This document shows positions 8,365 to 18,538 of a DNA stretch of 64,000 nucleotides, piece after piece. This DNA comes from Chthoniobacterales bacterium (GTDB taxonomy: Bacteria; Verrucomicrobiota; Verrucomicrobiia; Chthoniobacterales; JACTMZ01). Where the stretch lies: assembly GCA_041736875.1 (NCBI GenBank), contig JBGSSV010000131.1, positions 6,820 through 70,819 of the forward strand, given 5' to 3'. The notes under the pieces are model-generated. The model ran no database searches, had not been told where the DNA came from, and saw only the letters and a program-made list of their open reading frames with translations. Both the position numbers and the translations under genes were made by a program. Every line of letters begins with the position of its first letter. The first letter of the stretch is position 1.

Positions 8365-9487
8365 GGATGCGGACGAGCAACTGTTGGAGGATGAGGGCCG
8401 GGTCCGAGCCGGTGGACATGATCGCCGTGGTGGCCTCGGCGCAGGCAATCGTGGCCTCGGTCAACTCGGAGACCTTGAACCGCCTGGCTTCCTGGGCGGA
8501 GAGGTAAAGGGGATAGGCGTTGATCGTGCCATCCTTCTTGCGCGGAATGATTTCTCGGGCGTCCTCCGGCAGTTGGTCGAGGGCGGATTGAAACGCCGGA
8601 TAGCTCGGAGGCACGCGCAGTCCGTGCTCGTGGACGAGGAGGGCGGCGGCGAGGAGTTTCTGCACCGTCGGCATGATGGCGGCGTAAAGCAGGCCGACTG
8701 GATCCTCGCCTTGACGCAGCAGTTTCTGCAGGCAGTTGCTCGAATCGCGGAGATTGCGGCGGACGATGCAATTGCCCAACTCGAAGATGATTCCATGGCG
8801 GGTTTCCGGCACGAGCTGGCGGATGTCCTTCAGGCTGATCAGGCGGCGTTCGGCGCCGAGATAGACGTCGATTTTCTCAAGCTCGTTGGCGACTTGGCGG
8901 GTGTCCGACCCGACAAACGCGGTGAAGCGTTCGAGGGCCTCGGCGCCGAACTTCAACTTGCGCTGGCGCGCTCCGTCCGTGGCGGCCTGGCGCGCCGCCT
9001 CGTCTTCGTCAAAGCGGGGACCCGAGGGCTTGTCGCAAAGCGTGACCTGACCGAGCTTGGTCAGGGATTTGTAAAACACACGGCGCTTGTCCGGGCTGAT
9101 GGCGCTGACGAGGAGACGGGTGCCGGGCGGGAGGCCTCCGGCGAGAAAGCTCTGGAATTCTTCGAGGGCAGCGAGGACCGATTTGCTCCCGCCAAGCTGC
9201 GTGTCGGCGAGGAAGTTGACGTTCTTGAGCCAGACGAGTTTTTCGGACGAGAGGAAGCCCGGCATGCTGAGTGAAAGGATGGCCTCTTTGACGATCGACG
9301 CAGTGTGCTCGGCGTTGTCCGCCTGCGCGTCGATCGTCTCCAGGCCGAAATCTCCGCCGTCGGCCGGAGTCAACTCGGCGGCCAGTTCGCGGGCGCGGGC
9401 CTTGACGGCATGATCGTCATTGCCGGCCACGAGATGGAAGGCGGCGAAGGGCGAAGCGGTGGGCTTACTGGTTTTCGGGGCGGGCAT
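8351..9487 (-). CDS. holA: DNA polymerase III subunit delta
   Basis: LVAGND, PGFLSSEKLV, DKRRVFYK, NELEKIDVY and IFELGN pattern. Confidence 0.85.
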   Translation of the reverse strand: MPAPKTSKPTASPFAAFHLVAGNDDHAVKARARELAAELTPADGGDFGLETIDAQADNAEHTASIVKEAILSLSMPGFLSSEKLVWLKNVNFLADTQLGGSKSVLAALEEFQSFLAGGLPPGTRLLVSAISPDKRRVFYKSLTKLGQVTLCDKPSGPRFDEDEAARQAATDGARQRKLKFGAEALERFTAFVGSDTRQVANELEKIDVYLGAERRLISLKDIRQLVPETRHGIIFELGNCIVRRNLRDSSNCLQKLLRQGEDPVGLLYAAIMPTVQKLLAAALLVHEHGLRVPPSYPAFQSALDQLPEDAREIIPRKKDGTINAYPLYLSAQEARRFKVSELTEATIACAEATTAIMSTGSDPALILQQLLVRILTPR

Positions 9488-9547
9488 GGAAGGCAGTGGA
9501 ATTGTAGTGCTCGGTTTTCATGGGGGAGTTGAGAGCATCAGGCTGGG

Positions 9548-11695
9548 TTAGTGGCGGCGTTTTTTGGCACCGTAAGTCGTCGGGCGGCGGGACGGGGAGA
9601 TTTTTTCCAGTCCGGCTCCGGCTTTCAACTCCATGATCTGGTCCCGCAGGAGGGCGGCGCGCTCGAACTCGAGGGCGGCCGACGCTTCATCCATTTCTTG
9701 GGAGAGTTCAGCCAGCAGGTCAGTGAGGGAAAGGTCGGCTCCGCCTTCCCGGACCACCGAAGTTTCGTCCGCTTTGCCGCGCAGGATGACATGGAGGCTC
9801 TCCTGGACGGCCCGCTGCACGCTGCGCGGGGTGATGCCGTGAAGCTCGTTGTATTCCATCTGGCGCTGACGCCGGTAGTCGCTGATGGCGACAAGAGCCC
9901 GGATGCTTCCCGTCATGGTGTCAGCGAAAAGCACGACTTCGCCATCGACATGGCGGGCGGCCCGGCCGGCGGTCTGAATGAGCGAAGTTTGACTCCGCAG
10001 GTAGCCCTCCTTGTCCGCGTCGAGAATACAGACCAACCCTACCTCGGGCAGGTCGAGACCTTCGCGGAGGAGATTGATGCCGACGAGGATGTCGAATTCC
10101 CCGGCGCGCAGGGCGCGCAGGATCTCGACGCGCTCGATCGTGTCGACATCGCTGTGCAGGTAGCGGACCTTGAGTCCGACCTCGCGAAGGTAGTCGGTCA
10201 GATCCTCCGCCGTGCGCTTGGTCAGGGTGGTGACCAGAACGCGCTGCTGTTTCTCGATGCGCTGACGGCAAAGCTCGATGGTTTCGTCGATCTGGCCGGC
10301 GAGCGGACGAATGGTGATGCGCGGGTCGAGCAGGCCGGTTGGACGAATGATCTGTTCGGCCACGAGCGGGGCGCCGGGGGTGTGCGGGTCGAAATTGGTC
10401 CGCGCACGATCCAACAGTGCGGCGCTCTCCTCGAGGGAGAGGCGGTTGTCCGCGCTGACCGCCGGCAGATACTCCGCGTTGCCCACGTGGCTGTTCCGCA
10501 CCTCGAAGTCGCCCGGGGTGGCGCTCATGTAAAGCAACTGGTGGGTCATACCCATGAACTCGGGGAAGTTGAGCGGACGGTTGTCCATCGCGCTGGGCAG
10601 GCGGAAGCCGTAATCGACGAGGACCTTCTTGCGCGAGCGGTCCCCGGCATACATGCCGCCGATCTGCGGGATGGAGGCATGGGATTCGTCGATCACGCAG
10701 AGAAAATCACGGGGAAAGAAGTCGAGGAGGGTGTAGGGCCGGGAGCCGGGCGGTCGTCCGCTCAAGTGGCGCGAGTAGTTTTCGATCCCGCTGCAAAAAC
10801 CCATCTCCTCCATCATCTCCAGGTCGAACTCGGTGCGCATCTTCAACCGTTGCGATTCGAGCAACTGCCCGCGCCCCTCCAACTCGGCCAGGCGCTCGTC
10901 GAGTTCCGTGCGGATGGTTCCGAGGGCGCGGCGGAGTTTGTCCTGCGGGGTGACGAATTGCTTGGCCGGAAAAATGGTCAGCCCGGGCAGGCTTTCCTGC
11001 GGTGTGCCGGTCAGTGGATCGAACATGCTGATGCGCTCGATCTCGTCGCCGAAGAATTCCACCCGGACGGCCTGCTCGTCGAAGTTGGCCGGGTGAACCT
11101 CGACCACGTCGCCCCGGACGCGGAATTTTCCGCGGGCGAAAGCGATGTCGTTGCGCTCGTAAAGCAGATCAACCAGCCGTCCCAGCAGGGCCTCGCGCGA
11201 AAGCTCGGCTCCGACCTGCAGGGGGAGGAGCATGTTGCGGTAATCCTCGGGTGAACCGAGGCCGTAAATGCAGGAGACACTCGCGACCACCAGCACATCG
11301 CGGCGGCTCAGGAGCGAACTGGTGGCGGAAAGACGCAGGCGCTCGATCTCCTCGTTGATCGACGAGTCCTTCTCGATGTAGGTGTCGGTCCGCGGGATGT
11401 AGGCTTCAGGTTGGTAGTAGTCGAAGTAGCTGACGAAATATTCGACGGCATTGTCGGGGAAGAATTGCTTGAACTCGGAGTAGAGCTGCGCGGCGAGGGT
11501 TTTGTTGTGCGAGATGACGAGGGTGGGCCGGTCGAGGTTGCGGATGATGTTCGCGGCCGTGAAAGTTTTGCCCGAGCCGGTCACGCCGAGGAGCGTCTGG
11601 TGGCGGTTGCCCGCCTCGAGCGAGCGGGTCAGCTTGTCGATGGCCGGGCCCTGGTCGCCGCAGGGTTGGTGGGGCGAGGTGAGACGGAAAGACAT
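9548..11695 (-). CDS. uvrB: excinuclease ABC subunit UvrB
   Basis: GVTGSGKT, HNKTLAAQLYSEF, YYQPEAY, DESH, GINLLREGLD and C-terminal UVR coil; start taken at MSFRL. Confidence 0.98.
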   Translation of the reverse strand: MSFRLTSPHQPCGDQGPAIDKLTRSLEAGNRHQTLLGVTGSGKTFTAANIIRNLDRPTLVISHNKTLAAQLYSEFKQFFPDNAVEYFVSYFDYYQPEAYIPRTDTYIEKDSSINEEIERLRLSATSSLLSRRDVLVVASVSCIYGLGSPEDYRNMLLPLQVGAELSREALLGRLVDLLYERNDIAFARGKFRVRGDVVEVHPANFDEQAVRVEFFGDEIERISMFDPLTGTPQESLPGLTIFPAKQFVTPQDKLRRALGTIRTELDERLAELEGRGQLLESQRLKMRTEFDLEMMEEMGFCSGIENYSRHLSGRPPGSRPYTLLDFFPRDFLCVIDESHASIPQIGGMYAGDRSRKKVLVDYGFRLPSAMDNRPLNFPEFMGMTHQLLYMSATPGDFEVRNSHVGNAEYLPAVSADNRLSLEESAALLDRARTNFDPHTPGAPLVAEQIIRPTGLLDPRITIRPLAGQIDETIELCRQRIEKQQRVLVTTLTKRTAEDLTDYLREVGLKVRYLHSDVDTIERVEILRALRAGEFDILVGINLLREGLDLPEVGLVCILDADKEGYLRSQTSLIQTAGRAARHVDGEVVLFADTMTGSIRALVAISDYRRQRQMEYNELHGITPRSVQRAVQESLHVILRGKADETSVVREGGADLSLTDLLAELSQEMDEASAALEFERAALLRDQIMELKAGAGLEKISPSRRPTTYGAKKRRH

Positions 11696-11828
11696 GGCGG
11701 GCCAGAGGGACTCTAGCCGCGCCCAGGCGGTCAGGCGAGCGAGAGGATGGAGATTGTGCGGCCGCACGGCCTGAACTAGCTTGCGATCGGCAGAGCCGTT
11801 CCGCGGTCGCCAATTTTTTTCAAGCACT

Positions 11829-12233
11829 ATGGTCAAAATCGTCACCCAACTCGCCGTCTTCATCGCCAACAAACCCGGAACCCTCGCTGCCGTCTGCGAC
11901 GCGCTGGCCAAGGAGCAGATCAACATCTATGGCCTGGCCACCTCGGACACGACCGATCACAACGTGGTCCGCTTGGTCCTCAGCGAGCCGAAGCGAGCTT
12001 TGGCCATGTTCGAGGAGCGGGGAACCCTGGTCGTCGAGTCCGAGGTGCTCATGGTCGAGAACCGCAATCAGCCGGGTGCACTCTCGAAGATCGCCAAGGC
12101 TCTCGCGCGGAAAAAAATCAACATCGAGTATGCCTACCTCGCCAGCCATCCGTCCGACCTGCACGGCCTGCTCATCCTGCGGGTGGCCGAGAGCAAGAAG
12201 GCTTTGGCGGCCTTGAAGGCCCTCAAAATCTAG
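11829..12233 (+). CDS. ACT domain-containing amino acid-binding protein
   Basis: Two ACT repeats (QLAVFIANKPGTL…INI; NQPGAL…INIEYAY). Confidence 0.88.
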   Translation: MVKIVTQLAVFIANKPGTLAAVCDALAKEQINIYGLATSDTTDHNVVRLVLSEPKRALAMFEERGTLVVESEVLMVENRNQPGALSKIAKALARKKINIEYAYLASHPSDLHGLLILRVAESKKALAALKALKI

Positions 12234-12248
12234 CCTGCCGGGTTCCGG

Positions 12249-13028
12249 TTACGCCCGCGGTCGGACCGCCGAGTGAACCTCCGAAACGTAGGCCTGGACG
12301 GCGGCGGAGAAGGGCGCGGCCAACTCGGCCCGCGGCTGGACGAACTTCGGCCGGAACCACGGGAAAAGGCCGACGAGGTCGTGCAGGACGAGGATCTGGC
12401 CATCGCAGCCTTGGCCGCTGCCGATGCCGATGGTTGGAATTTCGAGTGAGGTGGAGACGTCCGCCGCCAGCTCGGGCAAGACGATTTCGAGGACGACGGC
12501 AAAGGCTCCCGCTTCCTGGACCGCGATCGCATCGCGGCGGATGGATTCCGCCTCAAGAACCGAGCGACCTTTGACCTTATAGCCGCCCTCCTCCAGCACC
12601 CGCTGGGGCAGCATGCCGAGGTGGGCCAGCACGGGAATGCCGGCCGCGGTCAGGGCGCGAATTTGCGGCAGGACGCTTTCGCCGCCCTCCAATTTCACGC
12701 CGTCGGCACCAGCGCGCATGACCCGCCGGGCGCTGCGCAGAGCTTGCTCGGGTGAATCATAGGTGTGGATGGGCAGGTCGGTGATGACCGGGGCGCGTTG
12801 GGCCCCGCGGGCCACGGCTCCGGTGTGCCGCACCATATCGGCCAACGTGACATTGGTTGTGTCGGGAAAACCAAGCACGACCATGCCGAGGGAATCGCCG
12901 ACGAGAATGAGGTCCACGCCGGCTTCGTCGATTAGTCGCCCGGTCGGATAGTCGTAAGCCGTCAGCGCGGCAACCGGGCGCCCGGAGACCTTGTGTTCCC
13001 GGAAGCGGATGGCGAGAGAGTCATTCAC
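12249..13028 (-). CDS. panB: 3-methyl-2-oxobutanoate hydroxymethyltransferase
   Basis: LTAYD, LVGDSLGM, VKLEGG and IGIGSG..CDGQILV.HD. Confidence 0.97.
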   Translation of the reverse strand: MNDSLAIRFREHKVSGRPVAALTAYDYPTGRLIDEAGVDLILVGDSLGMVVLGFPDTTNVTLADMVRHTGAVARGAQRAPVITDLPIHTYDSPEQALRSARRVMRAGADGVKLEGGESVLPQIRALTAAGIPVLAHLGMLPQRVLEEGGYKVKGRSVLEAESIRRDAIAVQEAGAFAVVLEIVLPELAADVSTSLEIPTIGIGSGQGCDGQILVLHDLVGLFPWFRPKFVQPRAELAAPFSAAVQAYVSEVHSAVRPRA

Positions 13029-13079
13029 GGAGCGGGGATAATTCTGCGCGGTTTCATCCGGCCGGCAAGCCCGCTTCTT

Positions 13080-13580
13080 TCACCATCCTTCGGCCGCGGG
13101 TTGCATCTGCGGCCCGGAGGGCAGCGCCGCCAGCAGGTCGCGCACGGTTTGGTTTTGTCCGGGCAAGATCAAATCGGGTCGGATCTCCGCCAGCGGCTGG
13201 AGGACAAAGCGCCGTTGCAGCATGCGCGGGTGGGGGAGGGTGAGGGGCGGGCCGCCAACCACGAGGTCCCCGCAGTAAAGCAGGTCAAGGTCGAGGTGAC
13301 GCGGGCTGTTGCGGGCTCGCGCCGTGGGCCGCCCGGCTTCGCGCTCGGCCGCCTGCAAGTTCGCGAGCAGGTCTGCGGGGGTGAGACTAGACTCGATTTC
13401 CGCTGCGGCATTGAGAAAGACCGGCGACCCCGGCGGGCAATCGAGCGGTTCCGTTTCGTAAAGGGCGGAAAAGAGCGCGGCTCCCGGGGCCTCGTGGAGC
13501 GACAGCAGGAAAAGGCGCGCGGCGGAAAGGGCGGCCGCCCGGTCCCCGAGGTTTGAGCCAAGAGCGACTCCGACGCGCAT
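13080..13580 (-). CDS. folK: 2-amino-4-hydroxy-6-hydroxymethyldihydropteridine diphosphokinase
   Basis: ALGSNLGDR, FLNAA, PR.LDLDLL and LTLPHPRM..R.FVLQPL; start taken at MRVGV. Confidence 0.95.
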   Translation of the reverse strand: MRVGVALGSNLGDRAAALSAARLFLLSLHEAPGAALFSALYETEPLDCPPGSPVFLNAAAEIESSLTPADLLANLQAAEREAGRPTARARNSPRHLDLDLLYCGDLVVGGPPLTLPHPRMLQRRFVLQPLAEIRPDLILPGQNQTVRDLLAALPSGPQMQPAAEGW

Positions 13581-13667
13581 GGGGGAAACATCGCAGACCC
13601 GGCGGCGCGGACCAAGCGGCTTTGTCGCAAGTTTGCCGCCCTGACCGACCCGTGGTAGGAGAGAGCC

Positions 13668-14936
13668 ATGCGTGTCCGCCCGTTTTGCCTCGTTCTTCTC
13701 CTGCTCCTGCCGCCTGCGGGTCTGCGGGCGCAGGAGGAAGATGATGTGACGCCCTACCGCGAGATGAAGACCTTCGCGCAGGCCATGGAGTTGGTGCGGA
13801 TGGAGTATGTCGACGAGGACAAGACGGATTACGAGAAGCTGACCTACAACGCCCTGCGCGGCATGCTGACTGAGCTCGATCCGCACAGCGATTTCATGGA
13901 CCCGAAGGATTTCGAGGAGATGCGGGAGGACACGAAGAGTGAATTCGGCGGCCTGGGTGTGGTCGTCGGGGTGAAGAATGATCGCCTGACCATTGTCGCT
14001 CCGATGGAGGGCACGCCGGGGTTCCGCGCCGGGTTGCTCCCCGGGGACGTGCTGCTCGAGATTGATGGCGAGTCGGCGGAAAAACTTTCTCTCCGCGATG
14101 CTGTGGAAAAATTGCGGGGCGAGCCCGGCACCACCATCAGCCTGGCCGTCGGCCGTCAGGGCGAGGCCGAGCCGTTGAAGTTCTCCCTCGAGCGCGAAGT
14201 CATCAGGGTCCCGAGTGTGCGCGGGACCAGAATCCTCGAGGGGGGCGGTCCGCGGATCGGCTACGTCCGGGTCACCCAATTCAGCGAGCCGACCGGCAAG
14301 GAGTTTGCGCGGGCGTTGGACGATTTGGAGAAAGACGGGCTCGACGCCCTCGTGCTGGATTTGCGCTTCAATCCGGGAGGATTGCTCGGCAGCGCGGTCG
14401 AGGTGGCCGGCGAGTTTCTGCCCGGCGGAGCCCTCGTGGCTTATACGGAGGGGCGGTCGCCCAGCGCGGGGCGGCGTTATCTTGCCCCCGGGAAGGGGAG
14501 GAAACCGCGCGAGTATCCGGTGGCTGTGCTGGTCAATGGCTCCAGCGCCAGCGGCGCGGAGATTGTGGCCGGGGCCCTCAAAGACACCGGGCGCGCCTTG
14601 CTTGTCGGGGAAACAACCTTCGGCAAAGGCTCTGTCCAAAGTGTGGTTTCGCTGCCCGACGGGGCGGCCGTGCGGCTGACAACGGCCAAGTATTTCACAC
14701 CGGGTCGGCAACTCATCCACGAGAAAGGGGTGGCGCCGCATCTCGTCGCTGCGATGACCTCGCGTGACGAGGCGCGGCTGCTGGCGCTCCGGCGGCGGGA
14801 GGATTTGCCCGCCGGAAGCGAGGCGGAGAAAGCCGCGGCGGTTGAAGACGTGCCGCTCCAGAGGGCCGCCGACGCCCTGCGGGGAATTCTCCTCCACACG
14901 CGGAAAGGGGCGGCCGCACCGTCGAAGGAAGGTTGA
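13668..14936 (+). CDS. carboxyl-terminal processing protease (S41 family)
   Basis: Signal peptide, LDPHS, PDZ domain, DLRFNPGG, SASGAEIVAGAL and TFGKGSVQ. Confidence 0.95.
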   Translation: MRVRPFCLVLLLLLPPAGLRAQEEDDVTPYREMKTFAQAMELVRMEYVDEDKTDYEKLTYNALRGMLTELDPHSDFMDPKDFEEMREDTKSEFGGLGVVVGVKNDRLTIVAPMEGTPGFRAGLLPGDVLLEIDGESAEKLSLRDAVEKLRGEPGTTISLAVGRQGEAEPLKFSLEREVIRVPSVRGTRILEGGGPRIGYVRVTQFSEPTGKEFARALDDLEKDGLDALVLDLRFNPGGLLGSAVEVAGEFLPGGALVAYTEGRSPSAGRRYLAPGKGRKPREYPVAVLVNGSSASGAEIVAGALKDTGRALLVGETTFGKGSVQSVVSLPDGAAVRLTTAKYFTPGRQLIHEKGVAPHLVAAMTSRDEARLLALRRREDLPAGSEAEKAAAVEDVPLQRAADALRGILLHTRKGAAAPSKEG

Positions 14937-15946
14937 AGGACGTTTTGCTCCTCGCGCTGGAGACCTCCTGCGACGAAACGGCCGCGGCCGTCTTGGAGGG
15001 CACCGGCCAGTTGCGCGGCAGCAAGGTTGCCTCGCAGGCTGCCGTTCATGCCGCCTACGGCGGGGTGGTGCCCGAAGTGGCTTCGCGCAACCATGCTGCT
15101 GATTGGCGCGGTCTGGTTTCCCTTCTCCTGGCCGAGGCGGACACATCGCTCAGTGACATCGAGGTTTTCGCCGCCACGACCGGCCCCGGCTTGCCCAGTG
15201 CCCTGCTGGTCGGGGCGGCTGCGGCCAAGGGCCTGGCCCTGTCCTGTGATCGTCCGTTTGTCGCCGTCAATCACCTGGAAGGCCACCTGCTCTCGCCGTT
15301 CTTCGGTCGCGCCGAGGTGCCTCCCAGCATCGGTCTGGTCGTCAGCGGCGGGCACACTTTGCTGGTCGATGTCGAGACGGCCGGACGTTACCGTCTGCTC
15401 GGGCGCACGCTCGACGACGCGGCTGGCGAGGCATTCGACAAGGTGGGCAAACTGCTGGGCCTGGGCTATCCGGGTGGTCCGGAGGTCGAGCGCGAAGCGG
15501 CCCGCGGCAATCCGCGGAGATTCGATCTCCCCCGCGCCATGTTGTGCTCGGGGGATTTGAACTTCAGCTTCAGCGGCCTCAAGACGGCGGTCCGCTATCT
15601 CCTGCCCAAGACCGCTGCGGCTGATCGCCCCGATCTTTGCGCCGGCTTCCAGGACGCGGTCGTCGAGGTGCTGGTGGACAAGACGGTGCGGGCCGCGCGA
15701 CAAGAGCGGCGGGCGCTCATCGCCGTCAGCGGCGGTGTCGGTCTCAATGGCCGCCTGCGCGAAATGCTCACCGCCGCCGCCGATGCGGCGGGGCTGGAGG
15801 TCTTGTTCGCCGAGCCCTGGCTGTGCAGCGACAATGCCGCCATGATTGCCTACGCCGCCGCCCACAGGTGGCGCCGGGGTCCGGGGCACGACCTCTCGGG
15901 GGACATCACGCCCAGCTTGTCCATGGATTTTTTCACGGCTGCCTGA
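14933..15946 (+). CDS. tsaD: tRNA N6-adenosine threonylcarbamoyltransferase TsaD
   Basis: ETSCDET, GGVVPEVASR.H, NHLEGH, VSGGHT, DDAAGEAFDK and SDNAAMIA. Confidence 0.97.
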   Translation: MKDVLLLALETSCDETAAAVLEGTGQLRGSKVASQAAVHAAYGGVVPEVASRNHAADWRGLVSLLLAEADTSLSDIEVFAATTGPGLPSALLVGAAAAKGLALSCDRPFVAVNHLEGHLLSPFFGRAEVPPSIGLVVSGGHTLLVDVETAGRYRLLGRTLDDAAGEAFDKVGKLLGLGYPGGPEVEREAARGNPRRFDLPRAMLCSGDLNFSFSGLKTAVRYLLPKTAAADRPDLCAGFQDAVVEVLVDKTVRAARQERRALIAVSGGVGLNGRLREMLTAAADAAGLEVLFAEPWLCSDNAAMIAYAAAHRWRRGPGHDLSGDITPSLSMDFFTAA

Positions 15947-15950
15947 ACAT

Positions 15951-15966
15951 TGGCGCGGAAAATGCT
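15951..15966 (+). promoter_or_regulatory. sigma54 -24/-12 site upstream of rpoN
   Basis: TGGCGC-GGAAA-ATGCT with exact GG-N10-GC spacing. Confidence 0.5.
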
Positions 15967-16000
15967 TGCACTTAGGTAAGCCGCCGGGCGTGCTAGTCGC

Positions 16001-17410
16001 ATGCCGGGAATGCAGCAGTCCATCCAGACGGGGCAACAGCAGTTGCTGTCCCCCCAGATGCGCCAGAGTTTGGAGATTCTGCAGGCGACGGCGCTGGAGC
16101 TGAACCAGATGGTGCGTCAGGAGTTGGAGGCGAACCCCGTGCTGGAGGAGGAGCCGCCGGAGGACGATCTACAGGACGAGCCTGCGGAGGAGGAGCCCGG
16201 GGAGGACGAGAAAGAGGAAACTGACGAGGAAATCGAAGAACTGCGGGACTTGGAGGAAGATTGGCGCACATTCTCCACGGAGGGTGCCCAGGACCCGGAG
16301 GCGGAGGCACGGCGCCAGCATTTCCTCGAGGGGGTGGCTCCTCCGGAAACCCTTGAGCGGCATTTGGAACAGCAGTTGGCGCGGCTGGCCTTGGATCCCG
16401 TCGAGCGCCGGATCGCCTCGTTGCTGGTCGGGAATCTCAACGAGGATGGCTACCTCGCGGCCACGCTGGAGGAGGTGGCGGACGAGGCCCGCGTCGAGAC
16501 GGCCGAGGTCCTGCCGGTGCTGCAACTTCTGCAAACGCTCGATCCACCGGGCGTGGCCGCACGCGATCTGTCGGAGTGTCTGCACCTGCAACTCGATCGG
16601 CTCGGCCAGGGCGAGGGCACGGCCCCCCGCCTCGTGCAGGGGCATCTCGACCTGCTCGGGCGGAAAAAATTCGCCGAGATCGCCTCGGCCATGGGAGTCA
16701 GTCAGGAAGCAGTGCGCGAGGCGGGGGCGCTGATTGCGCGGCTCAATCCGAAGCCCGGGGGAGCGTTTTCCGGCGACGCCGCGCAGACTCTTTCCCCCGA
16801 TGTCGTGATCGAGCGGGTCGGGGACGACTTTGTTGTTTCGCTCGTCCGCGACAACGTTCCGCATCTGCGGATCAGCCGTTCCTACCGCGACCTGCTGGGG
16901 GACGCGGGCAATTCCACCGAGGTTCGCACCTACCTGCGGGACAAGATTCGCGGCGGCAAGTTCCTCATTAAAAGCATCCAACAGCGCCAGCAGACCATCC
17001 TGGCCATCGCCCGCGAGATCGTCACCCGCCAGCGGCCGTTTCTGGAGGAAGGAGTGTCTGCGCTGGTGCCGCTAACCATGGCCCAGGTGGCTGATGCCGT
17101 CGGGGTGCATGAAACCACGGTTAGTCGTGCCATCGCCGGGAAAACCGTCGCCACCCCGCAGGGGGTCTTCGAGATGAAGTTCTTTTTCACCACAGGCTAC
17201 CGCACGGCGGACGGCGGGCAGGTCAGCAACACCAGCGTCAAAGATGAGATCGCCTCGCTCATCCGGGCTGAGGATGCGCGGCGGCCCTTGAGCGATCAGC
17301 AATTGATGGAGCGGCTCAAGGCGGACGGCTGGCCGGTGGCCCGGCGGACCGTGGCCAAGTATCGTGAAGCCCTCGGGGTTCTCCCGAGCCACCTGCGAAA
17401 ATCCTTTTGA
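16001..17410 (+). CDS. rpoN: RNA polymerase sigma-54 factor
   Basis: Gln-rich region I, HETTVSRA and RpoN box ARRTVAKYRE. Confidence 0.98.
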   Translation: MPGMQQSIQTGQQQLLSPQMRQSLEILQATALELNQMVRQELEANPVLEEEPPEDDLQDEPAEEEPGEDEKEETDEEIEELRDLEEDWRTFSTEGAQDPEAEARRQHFLEGVAPPETLERHLEQQLARLALDPVERRIASLLVGNLNEDGYLAATLEEVADEARVETAEVLPVLQLLQTLDPPGVAARDLSECLHLQLDRLGQGEGTAPRLVQGHLDLLGRKKFAEIASAMGVSQEAVREAGALIARLNPKPGGAFSGDAAQTLSPDVVIERVGDDFVVSLVRDNVPHLRISRSYRDLLGDAGNSTEVRTYLRDKIRGGKFLIKSIQQRQQTILAIAREIVTRQRPFLEEGVSALVPLTMAQVADAVGVHETTVSRAIAGKTVATPQGVFEMKFFFTTGYRTADGGQVSNTSVKDEIASLIRAEDARRPLSDQQLMERLKADGWPVARRTVAKYREALGVLPSHLRKSF

Positions 17411-17443
17411 TTCACCGTGCGGCAGCCAACCATTACCCCCTTT

Positions 17444-18505
17444 ATGCCAGAACCGACCGTTGAGAATGTGCGCGAGGCCCTGCGGGCCGTGAAGTATCCC
17501 GGCTTCAGCCGTGACATCGTTTCCTTCGGCTTGGTCTCCTCCGTCGAGGTGCGAGGCAGCGAAGTGCTGGTCAAACTTTCGATCGCCGCGGCCGACCCGG
17601 CCATCGCCCAGCAGATTCATCGCGCCTGCATGGAAACCCTCAGCGCCCTCCCGGGCGTGCGTTCACCGCAGGTGCTGATCGACTTGCAGAAGGCTCCCGC
17701 CGCGGCCACGCCCGGAGCCACGCGCATCGAGGGGGTCAGGCACGTCATAGCCGTGGCCAGCGGCAAAGGCGGCGTGGGGAAAAGCACGGTGGCCTCCAAT
17801 CTCGCGCAGGCGCTGAGCTTGGGCGGAGCCCGCACCGGCTTGTGCGATTGCGATCTTTACGGACCGAGCATCTCCCTCATGTTCGGCACGACCGAGCAGC
17901 CGGCGGCGACGGATGACAACCTCATCCTGCCGATCGAACGTTACGGCTTGAAGCTGATGTCGATGGGATTTCTCACCGATGCCGATACGCCCGCCGTGCT
18001 GCGGGGGCCGATGGTCACCCGTTACACGCAGCAGTTTTTGCGGCAGGTGGCGTGGGGCGCGCTCGATTATCTCGTGCTGGATTTGCCGCCGGGCACCGGG
18101 GACATCCAGTTGACCGTCGTGCAAACGGTGGCCCTGGCCGGCGCCGTGGTGGTGACCACGCCGCAGGAGGTGGCCCTGATCGATGCCCGCAAGGCCGTCT
18201 CCATGTTCCAGAAGACCAATGTGCGTGTGCTCGGGATCGTGGAGAACATGAGCTACTTCCTTTGTCCCAGCGACGGCGTGCGCTACGACATCTTCGGGCG
18301 GGGCGGCGGACAGCTGGAGGCTGACCGGTTGGGGGTTCCGTTGCTCGGCTCCGTCCCGATCGATATCCCGACCCGCGAGGCGGGCGATACCGGGATGCCG
18401 GTGGTGGCGCGCGCGCAAGAGAGTGCCGTTGGGCAAGAGTTCATGCGGATTGCGGCTGCCGTGAGGGCGGCGGTCGAAGGCGGCGCCACCGGGCTGTCCG
18501 CTTGA
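17444..18505 (+). CDS. mrp: Mrp/ApbC (NBP35 family) Fe-S cluster carrier ATPase
   Basis: N-terminal DUF59-like domain, SGKGGVGKST, DLPPGTGD, TTPQ and ENMSYF.C. Confidence 0.93.
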   Translation: MPEPTVENVREALRAVKYPGFSRDIVSFGLVSSVEVRGSEVLVKLSIAAADPAIAQQIHRACMETLSALPGVRSPQVLIDLQKAPAAATPGATRIEGVRHVIAVASGKGGVGKSTVASNLAQALSLGGARTGLCDCDLYGPSISLMFGTTEQPAATDDNLILPIERYGLKLMSMGFLTDADTPAVLRGPMVTRYTQQFLRQVAWGALDYLVLDLPPGTGDIQLTVVQTVALAGAVVVTTPQEVALIDARKAVSMFQKTNVRVLGIVENMSYFLCPSDGVRYDIFGRGGGQLEADRLGVPLLGSVPIDIPTREAGDTGMPVVARAQESAVGQEFMRIAAAVRAAVEGGATGLSA

Positions 18506-18538
18506 CTTTTGTCCGCCTCCCTGCGACACTGTTGCATC

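Noticed and set aside
11696-11828. LexA box upstream of uvrB (ruvA also checked)
   Set aside because: I saw no TGTTC-N4-GAACA or other clear SOS palindrome
13581-15146. Long N-terminal extension of folK in the ORF track (similar cases for uvrB, tatC and 40652-43723)
   Set aside because: The extensions overlap real neighbouring genes; downstream starts fit family lengths and stop/start coupling
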